Shown one piece after another: positions 16,654-26,454 of a DNA stretch of 64,000 nucleotides. Source of the stretch: Candidatus Uhrbacteria bacterium RIFOXYB12_FULL_58_10 (GTDB lineage: Bacteria > Patescibacteriota > Patescibacteriia > UBA9934 > GWF2-40-263). The stretch covers positions 5,149 through 69,148 of the forward strand of contig CALRBH010000003.1 in the NCBI GenBank assembly GCA_943354165.1. Direction: 5' to 3'. The notes under the pieces are model-generated. The model saw only the letters and a program-made list of their open reading frames with translations. It searched no databases and was not told the origin of the DNA. Position 1 is the first letter of the stretch, and each line of letters opens with the position of its first letter. Position numbers and translations under genes: made by a program.

Positions 16654-18141
16654 ATGCAAGGCTTTTACGGGTATAGCTACGGGAAGATGCGTTTCTGGGA
16701 AATGCTCCCGGGCCTCCTCACCTGGGGAACTATTCTTCTGGCTATTCTGTTGTCCTTGTTTGCGCCAGTCGTCGCCATCGTCGCCATCATAGTCTTTGAC
16801 CTCTATTGGCTGACGCGGGTCGTCTATTTCGTCATTGTGCTGATCGCTTCGTATCGTTCCTACCGTCAGGCGTTGCGTGCGGATTGGAAACAGAAGCTCG
16901 GTGAAGTTTCAGGGGCTGACCGATTGCACCACCTCATCTTCCTGCCAACCTACAAGGAAGACCTTTCGATTATCCGTGCCACACTTCATGCGCTCGCGAG
17001 CCAAACCTTTCCGGCGAAGCGGATGATGATCGTCCTTGCGGGCGAGGCGAAGGATCATGAACGGTTTCAGAAAAACGCCGCCGCGGTGGTGCGCGAATTC
17101 AGTCAGGTATTCAAGCGCGTTATCATCACAGAACATCCATCCGGATTGCCAGAGGAAATTCCAGGGAAGGGATCCAATCTTCACTACGCCGGCAACAAAG
17201 TGGCAGAGATTCTCGCCAAGGAGGAACCAGCGCTTCGTGATGAAGACATCATTGCGTCTTCGTTCGATGTGGATACCATCGCGCATGCGGAATATTTTTC
17301 TTGTCTCGCGTATTTGTACGCGACAGTTCCGGATCCAACGCGCGCGTCCTATCAGCCGGTCGCGTTATTCTCGAACAACATCTGGGACGCTCCAGCCCCC
17401 GTACGCATCGCCGCGTTCGGGACCACGTTCTGGCTCATGGGCGAGCTCGCACGCAGCGAACGCCTTTGGACGTTCTCGTCCCATTCCATGCCATGGACCA
17501 TGCTGAAGGATGTCGGATTCTGGCAGAAGGACATCGTGTCCGAAGACTCGCGGATTTTCCTGCAGGCGTTCGTGCACTATGGCGGGGACTATCGCGTGGT
17601 GCCCATGTATCTTCCTGTGTCGATGGACACGGTCGCTGGCGTCGGCTACTTGGCATCGCTCAAGGCGCTCTACAAGCAGCAGCGCCGTTGGGCTTGGGGC
17701 GTGGAGCATCTGCCGGCGATGATCGCCGCGTTCCGCGTACACAAGGAAATTCCGTTCAAGCTGCGCGCCCGTGCCATCTTCAATCATGTGGAAGGCATGT
17801 TCACCTGGGCCACGGCTCCGCTCCTGATTTTCATCCTTGGGTATCTCCCACTCCAAATCGTTTCAGATCCGGAGGTGTTGGTTCAGGCGGCTCCGTATAC
17901 GCTGCAAGCGATTATGCGTTTCGCCACCATCGGTGTGTTCACTTCCGCGATCCTTTCGCTGTTCCTGCTCCCGAAGCGTCCGTCGTCCCATTCTCGTTGG
18001 ACGGGCCTCGTGATGTTGGCTCAATGGCTCCTGCTCCCGGTCACGTTCGTCTTGTTCGGGGCGCTGCCCGCCATCGATGCGCAAACACGGTTCTTGTTCG
18101 GTCGCTATCTCGGGTTTAACGTCACACAGAAAAAGCGCTGA
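16654..18141 (+). CDS. Membrane glycosyltransferase family 2 (processive beta-glycan synthase-like)
   Basis: N-terminal TM helices, GT2 core (FLPTYKEDLSIIRATLHAL, DVD, QxxRW-like QQRRWAWG) and C-terminal TM helices. Confidence 0.75.
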   Translation: MQGFYGYSYGKMRFWEMLPGLLTWGTILLAILLSLFAPVVAIVAIIVFDLYWLTRVVYFVIVLIASYRSYRQALRADWKQKLGEVSGADRLHHLIFLPTYKEDLSIIRATLHALASQTFPAKRMMIVLAGEAKDHERFQKNAAAVVREFSQVFKRVIITEHPSGLPEEIPGKGSNLHYAGNKVAEILAKEEPALRDEDIIASSFDVDTIAHAEYFSCLAYLYATVPDPTRASYQPVALFSNNIWDAPAPVRIAAFGTTFWLMGELARSERLWTFSSHSMPWTMLKDVGFWQKDIVSEDSRIFLQAFVHYGGDYRVVPMYLPVSMDTVAGVGYLASLKALYKQQRRWAWGVEHLPAMIAAFRVHKEIPFKLRARAIFNHVEGMFTWATAPLLIFILGYLPLQIVSDPEVLVQAAPYTLQAIMRFATIGVFTSAILSLFLLPKRPSSHSRWTGLVMLAQWLLLPVTFVLFGALPAIDAQTRFLFGRYLGFNVTQKKR

Positions 18142-18142
18142 T

Positions 18143-19192
18143 ATGACTACGCGCGTTATTGTCACCATCGTGGCCTGGAACGGCCTCCGGTATCTTAAGG
18201 AGCTTCTGCCATCCATGGATGCGCAGACGTTTCGGGATTTCCAACTAATCATCATCGATAATGGATCTACCGATGGCACGCTCGAATGGCTTCGCGCGAA
18301 CCATTCTCGCATCACCCTGCTTCGTAATACGCGCAACATCGGATTTGGTCCTGGGCACAACCAAGGAATTCGGTACGCGCTGGATCATTGGAAAGAGGCG
18401 CCGCTCGCTGACCGGTATATTCTGACGCTCAACCAGGACAGCATTTTGGCTCCCGCATTCCTTGATCGGCTCGTGGCCGAGGCGGAAGCCCACCCGGAAG
18501 CGGCTTCCTTTGGCGGGAAGCTCCTGCGGGCGTTCGGAGAGAACCTGCATGATGAAGTCATGCGCGAAACGGTAAAATCCGACATGATCGACACGACCGG
18601 ACTGACCGCGCACCGTAATCGCACATTTACGGAGCGCGGAGCAGGGGAGATGGACACGGGGCAATATAACGAAGCGGGGGAAGTATTCGGTCTTTGTGCG
18701 GCTGCCTGTTTGTATCGGGTGAGTGCGCTCGTTGAGGCGAAGTATAAGGAGGAATACTACGATCATGATTTCTTTGCGTACAAAGAAGATGTCGATCTCG
18801 CCTGGAGGTTGCGGTTGCTTGGGTGGGGTGCGCGTTACGTCCCCGGGGCGGTGGGATATCACTATCGCGGCGCCTATGGAAAGGAACAGATGGGTTGGCG
18901 TGAGCGATTAAAGAATCGCCGTGGGAAGGCTCAGGAACGGAATTTTGTTTCCACGCGCAATCACTGGAACCTGCTCATGAAGAACGAGCTGTTCGTAAAT
19001 GTGTTTCTCGCCCTGCCGTTCATCGCCTTTTCAGAAATTCGGCGTATCCTCTTTGTCTGCCTGTTCGAGCCCCGCACGATCCCGGCATTTTTCCAGGCGA
19101 TCGGACGTGTTCCGACGATGGCCCGTAAGCGACGTTCCATCATGCGGCGCAAGCGCGTAACGGCCATCGACCTGCGTAAATGGTTTATCTAA
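18143..19192 (+). CDS. Glycosyltransferase family 2
   Basis: VTIVAWNGLRYLKELLPSMDAQTFRDFQLIIIDNGSTDGT is a classic GT2 N-terminus. Confidence 0.75.
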   Translation: MTTRVIVTIVAWNGLRYLKELLPSMDAQTFRDFQLIIIDNGSTDGTLEWLRANHSRITLLRNTRNIGFGPGHNQGIRYALDHWKEAPLADRYILTLNQDSILAPAFLDRLVAEAEAHPEAASFGGKLLRAFGENLHDEVMRETVKSDMIDTTGLTAHRNRTFTERGAGEMDTGQYNEAGEVFGLCAAACLYRVSALVEAKYKEEYYDHDFFAYKEDVDLAWRLRLLGWGARYVPGAVGYHYRGAYGKEQMGWRERLKNRRGKAQERNFVSTRNHWNLLMKNELFVNVFLALPFIAFSEIRRILFVCLFEPRTIPAFFQAIGRVPTMARKRRSIMRRKRVTAIDLRKWFI

Positions 19193-19195
19193 CGT

Positions 19196-20017
19196 ATGGA
19201 CGTCTCCATCCTTATCGTGCACTACAACACCCCCGGCCTCCTGCGCCAGACCCTCAAAGGGATTCGCCGGAGCCTGCCTTCGGTTGTCCACGAGGTGATC
19301 GTGGTGGATAACAATCCAGACGCGCGCATTGGGGAGATGATGAAGGAATTCCCGGAAGTGAAACTCATCGAGAGCGCAAAGAACGCCGGATTCGGCGCCG
19401 GCATGAACGCGGCGATGAAGGTGGCGACCGGCCGATATCTTTTCGTCTTCAATCCCGACATCGCCCTTTTCTCCGGTGTGCTTGAGGAACTCGTGCGCTA
19501 CATGGACGCCAATCCAAAGGTAGGGATGTGTGGTCCGCAGCTTTTGAATCCAGACGGAAGCCTGCAGCTCAGCTGTTATCGCTTCATGCGCCCGATGACC
19601 GTCATTGGTCGTCGCGTGAGCTTCTCGCGCCTTGTACCAAGTGTCCGTGCGGATCTCGACGCCTACCTTATGAAGGATTGGGACCACAAGGAAACGCGCG
19701 ACGTTGATTATCTTCTCGGCGCCGCCATGTTCGCGCGCCGCGAGGCGATTGAAGCCGTCGGCGGATTCGATGAAGCGTTTTTCGTCTATTTTGAGGAGCA
19801 GGATTGGTGCCGCCGCTTCTGGAAAGCCGGGTGGCGTGTGGTGTATCACCCCGCAGCCAAGCTCGTGCATTATCACCGTCGCGAAACCGCGGAAGGCGGC
19901 CTGTTGGCGCAACTTTTGAACCCGCTTACCCACATCCAAATCAGAAGTGCGATATACTACTTCCGTAAGTACAGGAACGAACCGCATCCCTCTGCCGGGG
20001 TATGTCCCACCGCCTAA
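19196..20017 (+). CDS. Glycosyltransferase family 2
   Basis: ILIVHYNTPGLLRQTLKGI...VVDNNPD GT2 motif. Confidence 0.75.
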   Translation: MDVSILIVHYNTPGLLRQTLKGIRRSLPSVVHEVIVVDNNPDARIGEMMKEFPEVKLIESAKNAGFGAGMNAAMKVATGRYLFVFNPDIALFSGVLEELVRYMDANPKVGMCGPQLLNPDGSLQLSCYRFMRPMTVIGRRVSFSRLVPSVRADLDAYLMKDWDHKETRDVDYLLGAAMFARREAIEAVGGFDEAFFVYFEEQDWCRRFWKAGWRVVYHPAAKLVHYHRRETAEGGLLAQLLNPLTHIQIRSAIYYFRKYRNEPHPSAGVCPTA

Positions 20018-22023
20018 ATTTTCTCCATGAGCAGGAGCCGGCCTCGCACGCGCCCGTACATCATGCGCGCCAGGCTTCTCCTTCTTCGCGTCGCGCCCGG
20101 GTGATCGGGCTGATTGTTGTCGTGTTGCTCGCGGGCACCGTGTTCATTGGTGTGTCGGTGGCGCAGGTGTTCACCGGCGCCGTTGCTGGACGCGATGCGC
20201 TGTTTTCGGCCCGCGCAAAGGCGGAGGTATTGGATTTCGAAGGCGCCGCAGCGGATGTTGAACGTGCGCAATCGATGTTCGAACGGGCGGAACGCGGAAC
20301 GGTTGTGCTTACGCCGTTTACGATCATTCCGTTTCTCGGGCCACACATTGAAGCGGCGAATATTGCTGCGCACACTGGCGCCACGCTTTCCGCTTCGCTC
20401 AAGAATATTTTAGAAATCGGCGCCGATGTGGTCCGGCTCGCAGGGCTTACACGCGAGAATCTTTTCACGCTCGCGGAAGGCGCGGATCCGGGTATGAAGT
20501 TCGGCGACCTGCCGGGGGAGACGAAGCGCGCCATTCTCGCGCGTCTTGCGGCATCCGCCGGAGATTTCGAAGTGCTCGCGGCACGCATTCATATCGCCCG
20601 TGAAGAATTCGACCGGCTTCCGCAGGACGAACTGTTCGGGCCGGTGAAAACCGCTCTCGCACCGTTCTCGCGCCAGCTCGGCGAAGCGGAATCGCTCGTC
20701 ACGCTCGTGGCAAACACTGCGCGCATCCTCCCGCAATTTGCCGGACTCGACGGCCGCTCCGAGCAACTACTTCTTTTTTTGAACAATAACGAGCTGCGCC
20801 CTGGAGGCGGGTTCATCGGCTCGTTCGGGGAACTCGCGATGCAGTACGGAGACATCGCCGCGCTTGAAACGTTCGACGTATACGCGCTCGATGACAGGGC
20901 TCAGGCGTCCGTAAAACTCGTGCCGCCGCCAGCCATCACCCGATACCTCTCCTCCTCCAAGTGGCTCTTTCGCGATAGCAACTGGTGGCCGGATTTTGCG
21001 ATGAGCGCGCGCTTCGGCGTGGAACGGTATCGCGCGGAATACACGGCCGTGCACGGCAAAGACCGTGCCGTCAGTTCCGTCATCGCCGTCACCCCGACGT
21101 TCGTTTCAGATCTTCTTGCAATTACGGGGCCCATCGAGGTGCGCGGGCAGACGTTCCGGCCGGAGAACGTGGCAGACCTGCTGGAATACCAAGTTGGTTT
21201 CGGATTCGTGAAGGAGGGAATCCCGCTCGCGCAACGAAAGGAGATATTGGCCGATCTTGTTAGTGCGCTCAAGGATAAATTGTACGCGCTTCCGCTCGCT
21301 TCGTGGACCAGAGTGGCCGATGTCACGGAACGCGCGATTACGCGCAAGCAGTTCATGTTGTGGAGCGCAGATCCGCGCACGCAATCCGCCATCGAGACCG
21401 CTCACTGGGGCGCGCGCGTCTCGCCTGTCGCCGGGCATGATCTGCAGCTGGTCGCGGACGCTAACCTCGCGAGCTTGAAGTCTGACCCGGACGTGAAGCG
21501 TTCCATGAAGTACGAAATTTTCCGAAACACTTCCAAACAGTGGATAGGACGCACGACCATCCGCTACGTGCACAACGGAACATTCGATTTCAAGACCACG
21601 CGCTACCGAACGTTCATGCGCCTGTACGTCCCGGCCGGAAGCCAGTTCGTGCGCGCTACCGGAACGCTTGCGGATGACAAGCTGAAAAATCCGTCCAAGG
21701 CTCCCGGAACCGTGGACATCGGCTCCGAGATGGGGCTCACCGTGTTTGGGGCGTTCACGTCCGTTGAGCCGGGAGAAACGCGGGATGTTTCGTTCGAATA
21801 CGTCCTCGCTCCAAGCGTAGTTTCCGCCATCGAAGCCGGCGGCTATAAGCTCGATGTCCTGAAGCAGCCGGGCGCCCGGGAACGCGGGTTGACCCTCCAC
21901 CTCGACTTTGATAAGAACCTTACAGGCGCATCTCCGGGTGAGGACAGGAATGCCTGGGGAGATGACATATACGAATTGACGACATCGTTTGATACGGACC
22001 GCTCATTTGAGGCGGACTTGTAA
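20002..22023 (+). CDS. DUF4012 domain membrane-anchored protein
   Basis: Single N-terminal TM helix. LLLFLNNNELRPGGGFIGSFG motif typical of DUF4012, which is often found in cell-wall polysaccharide loci. Confidence 0.7.
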   Translation: MSHRLNFLHEQEPASHAPVHHARQASPSSRRARVIGLIVVVLLAGTVFIGVSVAQVFTGAVAGRDALFSARAKAEVLDFEGAAADVERAQSMFERAERGTVVLTPFTIIPFLGPHIEAANIAAHTGATLSASLKNILEIGADVVRLAGLTRENLFTLAEGADPGMKFGDLPGETKRAILARLAASAGDFEVLAARIHIAREEFDRLPQDELFGPVKTALAPFSRQLGEAESLVTLVANTARILPQFAGLDGRSEQLLLFLNNNELRPGGGFIGSFGELAMQYGDIAALETFDVYALDDRAQASVKLVPPPAITRYLSSSKWLFRDSNWWPDFAMSARFGVERYRAEYTAVHGKDRAVSSVIAVTPTFVSDLLAITGPIEVRGQTFRPENVADLLEYQVGFGFVKEGIPLAQRKEILADLVSALKDKLYALPLASWTRVADVTERAITRKQFMLWSADPRTQSAIETAHWGARVSPVAGHDLQLVADANLASLKSDPDVKRSMKYEIFRNTSKQWIGRTTIRYVHNGTFDFKTTRYRTFMRLYVPAGSQFVRATGTLADDKLKNPSKAPGTVDIGSEMGLTVFGAFTSVEPGETRDVSFEYVLAPSVVSAIEAGGYKLDVLKQPGARERGLTLHLDFDKNLTGASPGEDRNAWGDDIYELTTSFDTDRSFEADL

Positions 22024-22044
22024 TGGAGGGAACGGATATCGCGT

Positions 22045-23049
22045 ATGTTTGCAAAAAAAATCGGGATTGACCTTGGAACCACCACCGTACTTGTTTACGT
22101 ACCCAAGCGGGGAATCATCATTCATGAGCCGTCCGTCGTGGCCGTGAGCACTATCGATCAGAAAGTGCTCGCCGTGGGGAAGGAAGCTAAGGACATGCTT
22201 GGCCGCACGCCGGACACCATCGTCGCGCGCCGCCCGCTCAAGGACGGCGTGATTGCGGACTACCGCACCACGGAAGCCATGCTTCGCTACTTCATCAATA
22301 AAGCCCTCGGTGGGTTCCGTCTGTTCCGTCCGGAAGTGATGGTGGCCGTGCCGGGAGGCATCACCTCTACGGAACGCCGCGCGGTTATCGACGCGACGCT
22401 CGCGGCTGGAGCGAAGGCCGCGTACATCATTAAGGAACCGATCGTCGCTGCCATTGGCGCAAACATTCCTATCGGTTCTCCATCGGGCCACATGATTATC
22501 GATATCGGCGGAGGGACGTCCGAGATGGCCGTGATCAGCCTCGGCGGAATTGTCGCGTCAGAATCCGTGCGCATCGGCGGGGTGAAGATCGATGCAGCCA
22601 TTACGGAATACATCCGTCGCAAATACGGCCTTGCCATCGGGGAGCGCACCTCGGAGGACATCAAGATTCAGATCGGCTCCGCCATGTACATGCCGGACAA
22701 GCTCACGATGGAGGTAAAGGGACGCGATATGGTCACAGGCCTTCCGAAGATCGTGGAGATTTCTTCCGATGATGTGACGGCCGGCATCCAAAACGAACTC
22801 GAAGGCATTATCGCCACGGTGAAGGAAGTGCTGCACAAGACGCCGCCGGAACTTTCCGCGGACGTGATGGACAAGGGAATCGTGTTGTCCGGCGGATCGA
22901 GCCAGCTCCGCAACCTCGACACGCTTATTTCGGAGGCGACCGGCGTCCCAACGTTCGTCGCAGAAGATCCGCAGCAGTGCGTGGTGAAGGGAACCGGCAT
23001 CGCGCTCGAGAACCTCGAGTCGTATAAGCGAAGTATTTTTACGAGCTAA
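22045..23049 (+). CDS. mreB: Rod shape-determining protein MreB
   Basis: IGIDLGTTTVLVY..., actin-like ATPase motifs. 334 aa. Confidence 0.9.
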   Translation: MFAKKIGIDLGTTTVLVYVPKRGIIIHEPSVVAVSTIDQKVLAVGKEAKDMLGRTPDTIVARRPLKDGVIADYRTTEAMLRYFINKALGGFRLFRPEVMVAVPGGITSTERRAVIDATLAAGAKAAYIIKEPIVAAIGANIPIGSPSGHMIIDIGGGTSEMAVISLGGIVASESVRIGGVKIDAAITEYIRRKYGLAIGERTSEDIKIQIGSAMYMPDKLTMEVKGRDMVTGLPKIVEISSDDVTAGIQNELEGIIATVKEVLHKTPPELSADVMDKGIVLSGGSSQLRNLDTLISEATGVPTFVAEDPQQCVVKGTGIALENLESYKRSIFTS

Positions 23050-23054
23050 CGAGA

Positions 23055-23127
23055 GATAGTAGTAAGTAGATAGTAGTAAGTAGGCTGACGGAAAACTACT
23101 AACTACTTTCTACTAACTACTTACTAC
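23055..23127. repeat. AGTAGWW-heptamer palindromic element, copy 3
   Basis: Left arm 23055-23083 (gatagtagtaagtagatagtagtaagtag), right arm 23096-23127. Lies between the mreB stop (23049) and the GT4 ATG (23134). Confidence 0.85.
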
Positions 23128-23133
23128 GCACCT

Positions 23134-24255
23134 ATGACGATCGCGATCGACGCGAGTTCTGCGGCGAAGGGGGAAAAGACGGGGATCGAACGGTATGCGT
23201 TCGAGTTGATTCAGGCGATGAAGCGCGAACCGCTTCAGCCTGGCGAGCAGGTCGTTTTGTATTCGCTGTCCCCGCTGCCGGAACCGCTTTCGCAATTACC
23301 GGCTGGATGGAGTTCGAAGGTACTCAACTGGTCGTTCAATCGCGGATGGATGCAGGGAAGGGTGTCTCTGGAAATGCTTCGGCACGCTCCGGATGTTTTG
23401 TTCGTGCCCGGACAATCGCTCCCGATGTTTCTCCCAAAGAAATCCGTCACGACGATTCATGACCTCGGATTCCATGAAGTGAAGGACGCGTACACGTCGA
23501 AGCAGCGGAACGAGCAAGGCAAAGCCACGCGCCGCGCCGTGCGCCGTGCGACGAAGATCATTGCGCCATCGACGTTCACTGCGGATGAACTCGTGCGCAT
23601 TTATCACGCGAAACCAAATCAGCTCGCGGTCACGCCGCTCGCCGCGGATCCAGCCGTGTTTCACCGCGTCGACGAACCAGCCATTGCAGAGGTTCGCGCG
23701 CGTCATCGGTTGGGAAGAAATTATTTCCTGTACGTCGGCCGGGTGGAAACGAAAAAGAATATTGTAAATCTGATCCGCGCCTTCGACATCTTCAAATCCA
23801 CACGCGGGATCGGAGATCCGTTTGAACTCGTCCTTGCTGGGAAACCAGGCGTTGGCTATCAGACGATCCGTCCGTTCATCGATCTTTCCGTTAATAAGCA
23901 GGCGATCCGCGAGCTTGGGTATATTTCCGACACGGATGCGGCAGCACTCATGAGCGGAGCCATGGTGGTGACGTTCGTCTCTCAATACGAAGGGTTCGGC
24001 TTCCCTATTCTTGAAGCCGCCTTGTGTGGAACGCCAGTGATTGCTTCCGACATTCCGCCCTTCAGGGAACTCATGGGAAGTGCAGGGGCCGTGTTTGTGG
24101 ATCCGATCAATGCAGATGCGATCGCACGCATCATGACCGACCTCGTCCACAACCCGCCCATGCGTGAAGCGCTCGTGATGGAAGCCGGGAAGCGCGCTCT
24201 GCTATACTCTTGGCAGGAAACCGCACGTAGGACCTTCGCAGTGCTCAGGCGATAG
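23134..24255 (+). CDS. Glycosyltransferase family 1 (GT4-like)
   Basis: C-terminal EGFGFPILEAALCGTPVIASD motif of retaining GT-B glycosyltransferases. Confidence 0.8.
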   Translation: MTIAIDASSAAKGEKTGIERYAFELIQAMKREPLQPGEQVVLYSLSPLPEPLSQLPAGWSSKVLNWSFNRGWMQGRVSLEMLRHAPDVLFVPGQSLPMFLPKKSVTTIHDLGFHEVKDAYTSKQRNEQGKATRRAVRRATKIIAPSTFTADELVRIYHAKPNQLAVTPLAADPAVFHRVDEPAIAEVRARHRLGRNYFLYVGRVETKKNIVNLIRAFDIFKSTRGIGDPFELVLAGKPGVGYQTIRPFIDLSVNKQAIRELGYISDTDAAALMSGAMVVTFVSQYEGFGFPILEAALCGTPVIASDIPPFRELMGSAGAVFVDPINADAIARIMTDLVHNPPMREALVMEAGKRALLYSWQETARRTFAVLRR

Positions 24256-24333
24256 ATAGTAGAAAGTAGTTAGTAGTTAGTAGGGTTTCCTACGAATTAT
24301 CGTCTACTATCTACTAACTACTATCTACTAACT
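24253..24333. repeat. AGTAGWW-heptamer palindromic element, copy 4
   Basis: Left arm 24253-24283 starts on the TAG stop. Right-arm 30-mer 24304-24333 is identical to copies 2 and 6. The next gene starts at 24335. Confidence 0.85.
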
Positions 24334-24334
24334 C

Positions 24335-25120
24335 GTGATCCAACGTATGGACGAACTCCTCAGACATCTCATGCACCTCGGCCTCTCCGAAAAGGAAGCG
24401 GCCGTGTACGTTTCCGCGCTTGAACTCGGTCCTTCCACCGTTCAGGACATTTCGCATAAGGCCAAGGTGAACCGCGCCACCACATACGTGATGATCGAGT
24501 CGCTCGTCGGCCGCGGGCTCATGTCGAGTTTTATAAAAGGAAAGAAGCGGTATTTTTCCGCAGAGTCGCCGGACCGACTTTCCTCGCTCCTGCGTTCCGA
24601 GAAACAGGTGATCATCGAGAAGGAAGACGAACTGCAGAAAGCCCTCCCTATGCTGATGGCCCTTTTCAACGTGGAAGGAGCCAAGCCGCAGATCCGCTAT
24701 CTCGAAGGGCTCGAGGGGAAGGCGAGCGTGCGGGAAATTTTTCTTGGGCTGAAGGGGGAGTACGTCCAAATCGTTCCGCTTGACGACGTTCAGCAGAGGC
24801 CAGAAATCATGGAGACTCGTCCTAAACATATCGCGGACGTTGAGGCACAAGGAGCGTTTCATCGCGCGATTCTTGTGACAAGCGAGCAAGCCGCGGCAAA
24901 TCTCCCGCGCGTAAAAAATGGAGAGGTGCGTTATCTTCCTCCGGACAAGTTCCCTTTGCATGCCGAAATTACCGTCCGTGAAAATCACGTCTTCCTGTTT
25001 TCGTTCAAGTCGGCCACGCTTTCCATCATCATCGTCAGTAAGGAAATTGCGGACGCGGTTCGCATCATGTTTGATCTTGCCTGGCAGGGAGCGTCGGAAT
25101 ATCCCGTTCACAAGGTATAA
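24335..25120 (+). CDS. TrmB-family transcriptional regulator
   Basis: GTG at 24335 (or ATG 24347). N-terminal wHTH (LSEKEAAVYVSALELGPSTVQDISHKAKVNRATTYVMIESL) typical of TrmB. 261 aa. Confidence 0.7.
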   Translation: MIQRMDELLRHLMHLGLSEKEAAVYVSALELGPSTVQDISHKAKVNRATTYVMIESLVGRGLMSSFIKGKKRYFSAESPDRLSSLLRSEKQVIIEKEDELQKALPMLMALFNVEGAKPQIRYLEGLEGKASVREIFLGLKGEYVQIVPLDDVQQRPEIMETRPKHIADVEAQGAFHRAILVTSEQAAANLPRVKNGEVRYLPPDKFPLHAEITVRENHVFLFSFKSATLSIIIVSKEIADAVRIMFDLAWQGASEYPVHKV

Positions 25121-25124
25121 AAAA

Positions 25125-25340
25125 ATACGGATTCCTTGAGGGAATCCGCGTGCAGTCGGGAGCGGTCGTAGCACTAACCACCTTCGCCAGGGGACATCGC
25201 CTGTGTCAGGAGCCGATGGTGCCTCCGGACGGTCAGAGGGGTCATCGGACGGCGTTCCTGGTCGGTTTTCTTCATGGTGCTGCTCGTATTGTTCGTCGAG
25301 CCCGGATAGCCGACGGCCGCCACGCGTTGTGAGCGACTGC
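25125..25340 (-). ncRNA. Candidate small transcript (sRNA or 33-aa peptide mRNA), bounded by a promoter and an intrinsic terminator
   Basis: Minus-strand terminator hairpin cggattccctcaaggaatccg plus T7 run at 25128-25149. Unit length ~200 nt. Contains only a weak 33-codon ORF without RBS. Confidence 0.3.
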
Positions 25341-25342
25341 AT

Positions 25343-25371
25343 AATCTAGCAAAGGATTCCAATAATGTCAA
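25343..25371 (-). promoter_or_regulatory. Candidate sigma70-like promoter (minus strand: TTGACA-17-TAGATT)
   Basis: Read on the reverse complement as ccTTGACAttattggaatcctttgcTAGATTatg. Lies at the edge of an unusually AT-rich ~90-bp divergent region. Confidence 0.4.
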
Positions 25372-25443
25372 GGGAAACTGACAAGGAAATACATATATAA
25401 TACTAAGGAAATCTGTAAGAAGCTAAATATCGACCATGGACTC

Positions 25444-25472
25444 TTGACAGTTTCCGGCGATTGGGATAGTCT
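25444..25472 (+). promoter_or_regulatory. Candidate sigma70-like promoter (TTGACA-17-TAGTCT)
   Basis: ctTTGACAgtttccggcgattgggaTAGTCT. Divergent from the minus-strand promoter across the AT-rich spacer. Confidence 0.4.
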
Positions 25473-25479
25473 AGCGGGT

Positions 25480-25692
25480 CCCTCTGGAACTCCAGGGGAC
25501 ACCCGCGGGCTCATCCTGCGGTTAAGTCCTCCTTCGCTCCTGAAAGGGAGCTTCGGAGGATCCGCCATTTCTCTATTTGGGGAGTGGTGGGCGGACTAGT
25601 GCCGAGGAGAGAGTATCGGCATAAATCCCATCTTGTCGTGCCGGTTAAAGACCCGTTGTGAATTCAAACCTCACTCCGGGTCTTTTTCGTTT
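25480..25692 (+). ncRNA. Candidate structured ncRNA (~210 nt) with 3' intrinsic terminator
   Basis: No ATG-initiated ORF. Stable stems (gcgggt...acccgc; tcctcc ttc gctcc-tgaaa-gggagc ttc ggagga). Terminator agacccg...cgggtct plus T5 at 25650-25692. Class not identified. Confidence 0.4.
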
Positions 25693-25764
25693 TCCCCTTA
25701 AATGAAAACCGACCCCAGAGATTGGGGTCGGGCGGAACACTGGGAGAACCCAGTTTCCTGCGAG

Positions 25765-26301
25765 CTACTTCGTGAAGAACTCCTCCACGTCTTCGGTCGA
25801 GACGATGTCGACCATCGTTGCACGGCTGAGCGCCTTGGCGAAGATGGGCGAGCCCTTCTTTTTCAAGATGCGCAGGTGACGCATGGCTGCGTTGTTCAGT
25901 GCCTCGGGGCGGAAGTCGGCCGACACCAGGAGCACAGGCTCCTTGGTCTCGTCCGAGAGTCGGATGAGGACGTCAAAGCGCTCGTCCTTTTTGTTCAAGT
26001 CGACCCAGAAGGCGGCGGTCTTCAAACGGAGCCTGATTTCCTCCGCGGAGTCGAGTTCGAGGTCACGGAGCAACATCCAACACTGGTGGAGCATCCCCTG
26101 AAATTTGAGCGGGACGCCGTTCGGGATGTCGGGGTGCAGGATGTTTTTCGCGAGCTTCTGCTTCGGCGTCGACGCGGGCTTTTGGGCTTGCGTCTCGAAC
26201 TTCGGCTGCGGCGTGACTGCTTCGGCGGCGCGGATCTCGGCTTGCAGCTCGAGGTTGCTTTCGAACTGAGCGAGGGGGTTCGGGACAGTGGTCGTGGTCA
26301 T
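25765..26301 (-). CDS. Hypothetical protein
   Basis: 178 aa. ATG preceded by aggagag RBS 8 nt upstream. No recognisable family. Confidence 0.55.
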   Translation of the reverse strand: MTTTTVPNPLAQFESNLELQAEIRAAEAVTPQPKFETQAQKPASTPKQKLAKNILHPDIPNGVPLKFQGMLHQCWMLLRDLELDSAEEIRLRLKTAAFWVDLNKKDERFDVLIRLSDETKEPVLLVSADFRPEALNNAAMRHLRILKKKGSPIFAKALSRATMVDIVSTEDVEEFFTK

Positions 26302-26454
26302 GGGACTCTCCTGTATGTGGTCGCATTACTGCGACGTTCTGGATGGCTCATCGGGATGATGGCCAGGTCTGGACGGACGAGCGTGAGCTCATCGTTCCGG
26401 ATCCGGCACGCATCGTTTTTAGGCGATGCGGCGAGAAGAGTTGGTTGTGAGGTT

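Noticed and set aside
25480-25692. Identification of the plus-strand ncRNA as SRP RNA, 6S RNA, RNase P RNA or tmRNA
   Set aside because: Length (~210 nt) and absence of the conserved SRP domain-IV motif, RNase P P4 sequences or a tmRNA tag-ORF/tRNA-like end. Left as an unclassified candidate.
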